From Nitrospirota bacterium (GTDB lineage Bacteria; Nitrospirota; UBA9217), in assembly GCA_963790205.1 (NCBI GenBank), contig CAWBNQ010000008.1:64001-128000 (forward strand): DNA of 64,000 bases. The letters are read 5' to 3'. The translations under genes were made by a program, and so were the position numbers. Each line of letters opens with the position of its first letter. Position 1 is the stretch's first letter. The notes beneath the pieces were generated by a model, which did not search any database, was not told where the DNA came from, and saw nothing but the letters and a program-made list of their open reading frames with translations. Shown here piece by piece: positions 57,957 through 64,000 of this stretch.

Positions 57957-59972
57957 TCATCCCTTCTCCGCGTCCTGCTTCTTCTCGTGCTCGTGTGTTG
58001 TTTTCGTCAACAGGTTCACCGCCCCGTCGAGGTCCCGATGGGCGCCTATCAGCACGACGATGTCGTCGGGCTCGAGCCTGAAGTCCGGGCCGGGATTGGT
58101 ATTCGCCTCGCCGTTTCTCGCAATTGCGATGACCGTGGCTCCCGTGTTCTTTCGGATGTCGAGTTCCCGCAGGGTTCTGCCTGCAGCCGGGGAATCTGCC
58201 TGGAGTTGAATGTTGTCCACCGTTGCGCCTGCAAAAAGCGCTGCAACACGTCCGACGTTCTCCTGGTCCAGGGACAGTCCCCGAAGCATTTTATAGCCTT
58301 CGAAGCGGACGAGCTGAACCTGATTGGCGATAATGTTGCTCGGGATGTGATACTCGTGGAGCACGCGCGAGAATATTTCGACGGAGGTCTCGAACTCTTC
58401 GGGGATCACCTGGTCAGCTCCGAGCCGGTAAAGCTCATCCACTTCTGCGGCGTACCGGGTGCGGACGAGTATAAAGATGGCGCTGTTAAGCTGTCTCGAC
58501 TGGCGTACGGCCATCCGGGTCGCGTTGTAATCCGATATGGCGAAGACGATGGCCTTTGCGCATTCAACACCGGCGCGCTGGAGCACGTCCATTCGCGTGA
58601 TGTCTCCGTAGATAAGAGGTTCTCCCTCTTCCCGCGCCTTGCGGATGGTATCGGCGTTCACCTCGAGCACCACGTAGGGAATATGCGTGGCCTTGAGCGT
58701 TTTTGCCAGGTTCCTGCCGTTTAAACCGTAGCCTGCGATGATCGTATGTCCCGTGAGCGAGCAGGCGTCTTCCTTTTCCTTGGGCCGGCCCGAGATTGCC
58801 GGAAGTTTGGCGGTGAGCCACGGCCCGGCCTGGATGATGAAGGGAGTGGCGAGCATGCTCAGGATGGAAGCGTTGATGAAGGTCTGAAAAACGTCGTTGC
58901 TCATCAGCTTGTGATCAAGTCCCTGCTGTGCAAGAAGGAAGGAGAATTCGCCGACCTGCGCCAGGCCGAGGCCCGCGAGCAGGGCGCTCCGGATGGGATA
59001 GCGGAGCGTTTTCGCGGTGATGACCACCAGCCCGGTTTTTATGAGTGCCAGCATCACGGTAAGAAAAAGAAGCAGGGGCCAATGCATCCTGAAATAATCG
59101 GTATGGAGCAGCATACCGATGGAGATAAAGAAGATGCTCGCAAAGTAATCCCGAAAAGGCATGATCTCGGCCACGATGTGGTGGCTGTATTCCGATTCGG
59201 AGATGATCAGCCCGGCAAGAAAAGCGCCGAGCGCGAGCGACAAACCGAGGCTGAAGGTGACCCACGCCGCGCCGAGACAGAGGAGTACGACGAGGAGGAA
59301 GAACATCTCCCGGTTCTTGAGTCGGATGACCTGATGGAGCAGGAAGGGCACGACCCGACGGGCGGAGAAATAGACCGCAATAAGACCCAGCACGGCCTTG
59401 CTCAGGGAAATGAGCACCGAGAGCGGGGTGACTTCCCCGGCCGCGCTCGCTTCTCCGAGCACCGGCAGGAGGAGCATCATAGGAACGACGGCGATGTCCT
59501 GGAACAGGAGGATGCCGGTCGAAAGCTTCCCGTGGGCCGTGTCGAGCTCGGCGCGGTCCGAGTACATCTTGAGGACAATGGCCGTGCTGCTCAAGGACGC
59601 AAGAAATCCGAAAAATACCGCCTGGGGCAGGGGGAAGCGGAAGAGGAGGGAAAGTCCTGTCACTGCCGCTAGGGTCAGAAGGACCTGAATCCCTCCACCG
59701 ATCAGAAACTGACGGCCTGATTTCAGGATATCTTCAATGGAGAATTCGAGCCCTACGGTGAACAAGAGAAGGACCACGCCCATGTCCGCGAGCCGCTCGA
59801 CCACCCGGGTCTCGGTAATAATGGCCGCGCCATGGGGCCCGATGAGAACCCCGGTGATCAGGAACCCGACGAGCGCAGGCACCTTTACCCGATGAAAGAT
59901 ATAGGTGATCGGGAGCGATACGGCAAGCAGGATAATGAGCTCCCGCAGTATGGTGGCTTCCTGTTGCTGCAT
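57957..59972 (-). CDS. CPA2 cation:proton antiporter (KefB/C-like) with TrkA-N and TrkA-C domains
   Basis: GVVLLLFTVGLE, LSSTAIV, QVGEFSF, IIAGYG, C-terminal RCK-C. Confidence 0.92.
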   Translation of the reverse strand: MQQQEATILRELIILLAVSLPITYIFHRVKVPALVGFLITGVLIGPHGAAIITETRVVERLADMGVVLLLFTVGLEFSIEDILKSGRQFLIGGGIQVLLTLAAVTGLSLLFRFPLPQAVFFGFLASLSSTAIVLKMYSDRAELDTAHGKLSTGILLFQDIAVVPMMLLLPVLGEASAAGEVTPLSVLISLSKAVLGLIAVYFSARRVVPFLLHQVIRLKNREMFFLLVVLLCLGAAWVTFSLGLSLALGAFLAGLIISESEYSHHIVAEIMPFRDYFASIFFISIGMLLHTDYFRMHWPLLLFLTVMLALIKTGLVVITAKTLRYPIRSALLAGLGLAQVGEFSFLLAQQGLDHKLMSNDVFQTFINASILSMLATPFIIQAGPWLTAKLPAISGRPKEKEDACSLTGHTIIAGYGLNGRNLAKTLKATHIPYVVLEVNADTIRKAREEGEPLIYGDITRMDVLQRAGVECAKAIVFAISDYNATRMAVRQSRQLNSAIFILVRTRYAAEVDELYRLGADQVIPEEFETSVEIFSRVLHEYHIPSNIIANQVQLVRFEGYKMLRGLSLDQENVGRVAALFAGATVDNIQLQADSPAAGRTLRELDIRKNTGATVIAIARNGEANTNPGPDFRLEPDDIVVLIGAHRDLDGAVNLLTKTTHEHEKKQDAEKG

Positions 59973-60062
59973 GGTTGCTATGATAGCATATTCCGCCTCT
60001 TTATGGGAGGAGAGGCCTGATGCCGAGGCGGCGTTGACAGTTCTTTTTACTCAGTGATATCT

Positions 60063-61298
60063 TTACTCCGACTGCCATGCGCCGATCTTCCGTCGTTTCA
60101 AAATTACGACGAGAAAGACGACCCCGCTGATCAACCCGCCCAAGGCAAAAGTGAGAGGGGCCTTGAGCACATGGGCGACCGAGCCGGCGAACAGGCTGCC
60201 AATGGGCGTGAGGCCGCCGAAGGTGAAGGTGTAAACGCTCATGACCCTGCCGCGCAGCCGGTCTTCGGTGTTGAGCTGGACCGTCGTGTTCGCCATGCCG
60301 AAGAAGGTGACCATGCACCAGCCCGACAAGGCGAGCAGGAGCGCGGTAATTCCGTAGGTCTTCTGGAGGCCGATCAATATCAACACGAGCGACAGCCCCA
60401 GGCCTCCGCCCAGGAGGACGCCCGGTTTCGGACCGTAGCGGCTCAGGTATGCCAGCGAGACAGCGCCGATCAATGCGCCGACGCCGAAGGAAGACAAGAG
60501 AAAGCCGAAGGCCGCGGCGTCCCGATGGAGTTCCTGACGGGAGAAGACCGGGACCAGCACCGTGAAGTTCGTCGCGAAGATACTGACTACTGCCACCAGA
60601 AGGATCGTGATCATGAGCACCGGTGTCGCTTTTATGTAGCGCATTGCCTCGGTAATATCATTCACGACATTATAGACCCTAGGTTTTCCCGCGGGAATCC
60701 TCTCGAACTTCATAAGCAGCAGTCCCCACAACACGGCGAGGAAGCTCAGGCCATTCACAAAAAAGCAGAGGGTCGTGCCAGCGGCGCCGATAAGCAGTCC
60801 TGCGATCGCGGGGCCCACCGCCCGGGCGGCATTAAAGATGGACGAGTTCATGGCTATCGCATTCATGAGGTCTTCTTTGCCGACCATCTCGATGATGAAT
60901 GCCTGGCGTGCCGGCATGTCGATGGTGTTTACGACGCCCAAAAGCGTTGCGAGGACCAGGACGTGCCAGTATTTGACAACACCCGTGAAGTCGAGAAGGG
61001 CCAGCGTAAAGGCGAGGAGCATCAAGGCGGTCTGGGTAAAAATGATTATTTTCCGCTTGGAGAAATAATCGATGAAAGGACCTGTGAAGAAAGAGAAAAA
61101 CAGCATGGGAAGGAACTGAAGGGCGGAGACGACGCCAAGCTTAAAGGCAGAATGGGTCAGTTCCAGCACGAGCCACGCCTGTCCCACGTTCTGCATCCAG
61201 GTGCCGATGAGGGACACGAGTTGCCCGGAAAAGAAAAGTCGAAAATTCCGGTGCCTCAAAGATCGGAAAAGGGTTTTTATCATTGATGGTTCATGCAT
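60063..61298 (-). CDS. MFS transporter (DUF894-like)
   Basis: RNFRLFFSGQLVSLIGTWMQ, DMPARQA, LRGRVMS. Confidence 0.9.
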   Translation of the reverse strand: MHEPSMIKTLFRSLRHRNFRLFFSGQLVSLIGTWMQNVGQAWLVLELTHSAFKLGVVSALQFLPMLFFSFFTGPFIDYFSKRKIIIFTQTALMLLAFTLALLDFTGVVKYWHVLVLATLLGVVNTIDMPARQAFIIEMVGKEDLMNAIAMNSSIFNAARAVGPAIAGLLIGAAGTTLCFFVNGLSFLAVLWGLLLMKFERIPAGKPRVYNVVNDITEAMRYIKATPVLMITILLVAVVSIFATNFTVLVPVFSRQELHRDAAAFGFLLSSFGVGALIGAVSLAYLSRYGPKPGVLLGGGLGLSLVLILIGLQKTYGITALLLALSGWCMVTFFGMANTTVQLNTEDRLRGRVMSVYTFTFGGLTPIGSLFAGSVAHVLKAPLTFALGGLISGVVFLVVILKRRKIGAWQSE

Positions 61299-61632
61299 AG
61301 GGGCGGACCGTCTTTCTTTCTACAGTATAACACGTGACGGGCTGGAAGCGAAATAGAGAAACAATGAAAGAGCGAGTCTGGTTGCGCCGGAGGAGCGCAA
61401 GGAAGATATGATAATTATAAATTTAACTATAAAAAACAGTCTTGACAAATTAAAATGGCTATAATAATATTAAGTCGTTCAGTCGCCTTCATTTTGGTGA
61501 GGTTTGGAAAAGGGCGAAAACTGCGCGTGGCAGCGGGCAGCGTAGCGAATTACAGCGGAATTTTTACCTGTTCATCTCTGATAATCATGAACAAATCATG
61601 ACTGCCGGCAATTAAAGAATAGCTGGATTCAA

Positions 61633-63396
61633 ATGTATAATGAAAGCGTTACCAATACAAAGGACCTGAAGAAGCGGCTCACCTGGCTCGTGAACCTCAG
61701 ATGGGGCGGCATCCTCGGGGTCCTGATCGCCACGTCTGTTGCGCGGGAGACATCCTTTCTGTCCATCTCCTTCATCCCGGTGGGCCTCATCCTCGGCGTC
61801 GCTGCCTTTGGTAACCTGTTCTACCAGTGGAGGCTGAAACACTCCCGGGAAAATCTAGAGCGTCTGGCGCGCGTTCAGATCCTCGGCGACCAGTTCATCC
61901 TGGTCTCTTCGGTCTATTTCTCAGGCGGGTGTGACAGCCCCTTCATTTACTTTTTTATTTTTCATGTAGTCATCAGCGGAATCATCCTCCCGCGGCGACA
62001 GGCGTACGGCATCGCCGGTATGGCCGTGCTCCTCCCCGCACTCGTCATCGAGCTCAAGCACGCTGGAATACTCCCTCATTACGGGATCTTCAGGCAGGAG
62101 CCCGTGTTTACCGGCACGGCGATGATCGTCTCCTATGGGCTCGCCTTTATCGCCACCATTTTTCTGACCGCCTACTTCGTGACGCACCTGAGCCGGCAGC
62201 TCTATAAAAAGAACGAGGAAGTAACGCAGCTCTACAGCCTGTCGGAGCGGGTCCGGTCGTCTATCCGCTTCAAGGACGTTATCGGGGTCATTGAGCGGGA
62301 ACTGCGGGAGTTTACGGGCGCACGGTCGAGCGTCTACATACCGCTCGACAAGGAGAGAAGGACCCTGTCAATGAAGATCGGGGACAGGGAACTGCACATC
62401 CCGCTTATCGACAAAAACAGTTTTACCGACGCAGTGCTCCGCGGTGCAGCGCTCATCCTGGACCGTCGCTCTGTCACGTCGGAGTACGACGTCAAGGCTC
62501 TTGAGCTTATGGGCGCAGAACGGTGCCTGGTGCTGCCGCTGACATCGGCAACGCATCAACCGTGTCATGGGTACTTTCACTGCAAGGACAGCCAATGCGC
62601 GGCCTATGAAAATAAGGAGGGGAAATGCTGGCAGTTCTCGGGAACGCACTGCAAGGGGGCGATCTACGGGATCAACGCGGACAAAATCGCCGCCTGCCTC
62701 GCCTGCGAACTTTTTACACCCGTGGGGGCCTTCCTCCTGGACATCTCAAAGGAGAGCGTGCCGCTCCCGGACCTGGATACGGAAGCGGCCATGAGGCTTC
62801 TCGATGCGGCGAGCCTCGCTGTATCGAATGCCCTCCTGCACGAAAAGACCGTGCAGCTTTCGAAGACGGACGGCCTCACCGGCCTTAAAAACTACCGTGA
62901 GTTCAAGGAAGCTATTCAGGCCGAACTATTGCGCTCGAAACGTTACCAGAGGGCTTCCAGCCTCTTGATGATCGATGTCGACCATTTCAAGCGCTATAAT
63001 GACGCGTACGGACATCCCCGGGGAGACGTGCTTCTTAAGAATATGGCCGAGCTTATTCAAAACAATTTTAAAGATACGGACATTGTTGCGAGGTACGGGG
63101 GAGAGGAATTCGCGGTCCTCCTCGTAGAGACAGGGGCCAAGGACCAGGCTGTTGCCGTGGCGGAGCGGCTCAGGGCCATGGTGGAAGGGCATAAATTTTC
63201 GTACGAAGAAACGCAGCCGGGAGGCAGCTTCACGATCAGCATCGGGGTCAGCTGCTATCCCGAGGACGGACTGGCAGCGGATGAGCTCATTCAGGCGGCT
63301 GATGAAGCCTTGTACCGGGCCAAGAATGAAGGCAGGAACAGGGTAGTTGCTGCGGGTCGTTCTTCGGGGCAGAAGGTATCCACACCGCGGATATAA
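61633..63396 (+). CDS. membrane-bound diguanylate cyclase with GAF-like region containing a Cys-rich two-CW-type insert
   Basis: TM helices; CHGYFHC..CAAY..CWQFSGTHC..CLAC; RYGGEEF. Confidence 0.88.
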   Translation: MYNESVTNTKDLKKRLTWLVNLRWGGILGVLIATSVARETSFLSISFIPVGLILGVAAFGNLFYQWRLKHSRENLERLARVQILGDQFILVSSVYFSGGCDSPFIYFFIFHVVISGIILPRRQAYGIAGMAVLLPALVIELKHAGILPHYGIFRQEPVFTGTAMIVSYGLAFIATIFLTAYFVTHLSRQLYKKNEEVTQLYSLSERVRSSIRFKDVIGVIERELREFTGARSSVYIPLDKERRTLSMKIGDRELHIPLIDKNSFTDAVLRGAALILDRRSVTSEYDVKALELMGAERCLVLPLTSATHQPCHGYFHCKDSQCAAYENKEGKCWQFSGTHCKGAIYGINADKIAACLACELFTPVGAFLLDISKESVPLPDLDTEAAMRLLDAASLAVSNALLHEKTVQLSKTDGLTGLKNYREFKEAIQAELLRSKRYQRASSLLMIDVDHFKRYNDAYGHPRGDVLLKNMAELIQNNFKDTDIVARYGGEEFAVLLVETGAKDQAVAVAERLRAMVEGHKFSYEETQPGGSFTISIGVSCYPEDGLAADELIQAADEALYRAKNEGRNRVVAAGRSSGQKVSTPRI

Positions 63397-63744
63397 GAAA
63401 AAGTAGAAGTAAGAAGTAAGAAATTAGGAAATAGGAAATCGGTTTTCGCCTTGACCCCGCGCCGATGTTCAAGATACTTGTCTTTTTCTGCACCGCCGAC
63501 TCACAGCTCCGCGCAGACATGCCAGATTACCTTTTACTTTTCTTGTTGATACAGCAGTCCATGAGCGCTTACGCTAACGCACGCGCATGCATGATTTGTG
63601 GTTTACTGGGCTCTCTACCGGGCATGTAAAGCGCGTCCCTGTTCGCGGGATGCAGGGGCCTCTGGAAAGGCAAAAATCCAACGCCAAAGCCAAACTCATT
63701 TTTTACTTCTTACTTCTTACTTCTTACTTCTTACTTCTTACTTC
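63396..63744. repeat. inverted 7-mer arrays (GAAGTAA / TTACTTC)
   Basis: Degenerate AAGTAAG units at ~63400-63438 and six TTACTTC units at ~63703-63744. Confidence 0.75.
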
Positions 63745-63758
63745 AAATTTCTCTTTAC

Positions 63759-64000
63759 CTACCCCCGCAACACCCGCTTGTCCCCGACCCGCTGCGTGAG
63801 CTTCTGCGAGTCGAAGTATTCCATGAGCGGCACGGCGAACTTGCGCGAGGTCCCGGCCAGGTCGCGGAACTCCGCCATGGTGATCTCTTTCTTTTCCTCA
63901 AGGTGTCTTTTCAGGTCGGCCCTGATCTTCTCGACAATGTCCTTATCGAGATGGAGCGAGTCGTTGATCCTGATCGTCCGGCCTTCATCGGCAAGGAGCT
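63759..64000 (-). CDS. selB: selenocysteine-specific elongation factor, C-terminal end (not in ORF track)
   Basis: Manual translation gives ITMAEFRDLAGTSRKFAVPLMEYFDSQKLTQRVGDKRVLRG*, the SECIS-binding winged helix. Confidence 0.9.
   Translation of the reverse strand, partial: LLADEGRTIRINDSLHLDKDIVEKIRADLKRHLEEKKEITMAEFRDLAGTSRKFAVPLMEYFDSQKLTQRVGDKRVLRG

Overview
GC-rich bacterial chromosome window. The gene content and order suggest an anaerobic Nitrospirota/Desulfobacterota-like organism (inference). About 1-44 kb is mostly core metabolism: a minimal SufCB-type Fe-S system, fabF, glycogen genes (DUF4912, GH57, glgP), c-di-GMP enzymes, an ECF sigma/anti-sigma pair, rpsF-ssb-rpsR, tat, mobB, hemL, orphan atpZ-atpI and a large c-type cytochrome cluster (4-heme + NrfC + NrfD, an 11-heme membrane-anchored cytochrome, two triheme PpcA-like cytochromes). 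The most interesting feature is a ~13.3 kb integrated element (44399-57724) at the 3' end of tRNA-Sec, bounded by a 24-bp direct repeat. It encodes an integrase, a split primase-ZBD/helicase replicon with a 26-bp inverted-repeat ori candidate, a TerS-like protein, a scaffold-like protein with a structured leader and an ejection-like protein. No recognisable major capsid, portal, large terminase or tail gene is present, so it is a candidate phage satellite. It also carries an IS1-family element with HEPN-like passenger genes and a Phd-linked unknown gene. Several housekeeping genes have single-base frameshifts that look like sequencing/assembly errors, and intergenic regions hold several families of dispersed palindromic and short-period repeats. 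The window ends in the 3' end of selB. All product calls come from motif recognition only; no searches were run.
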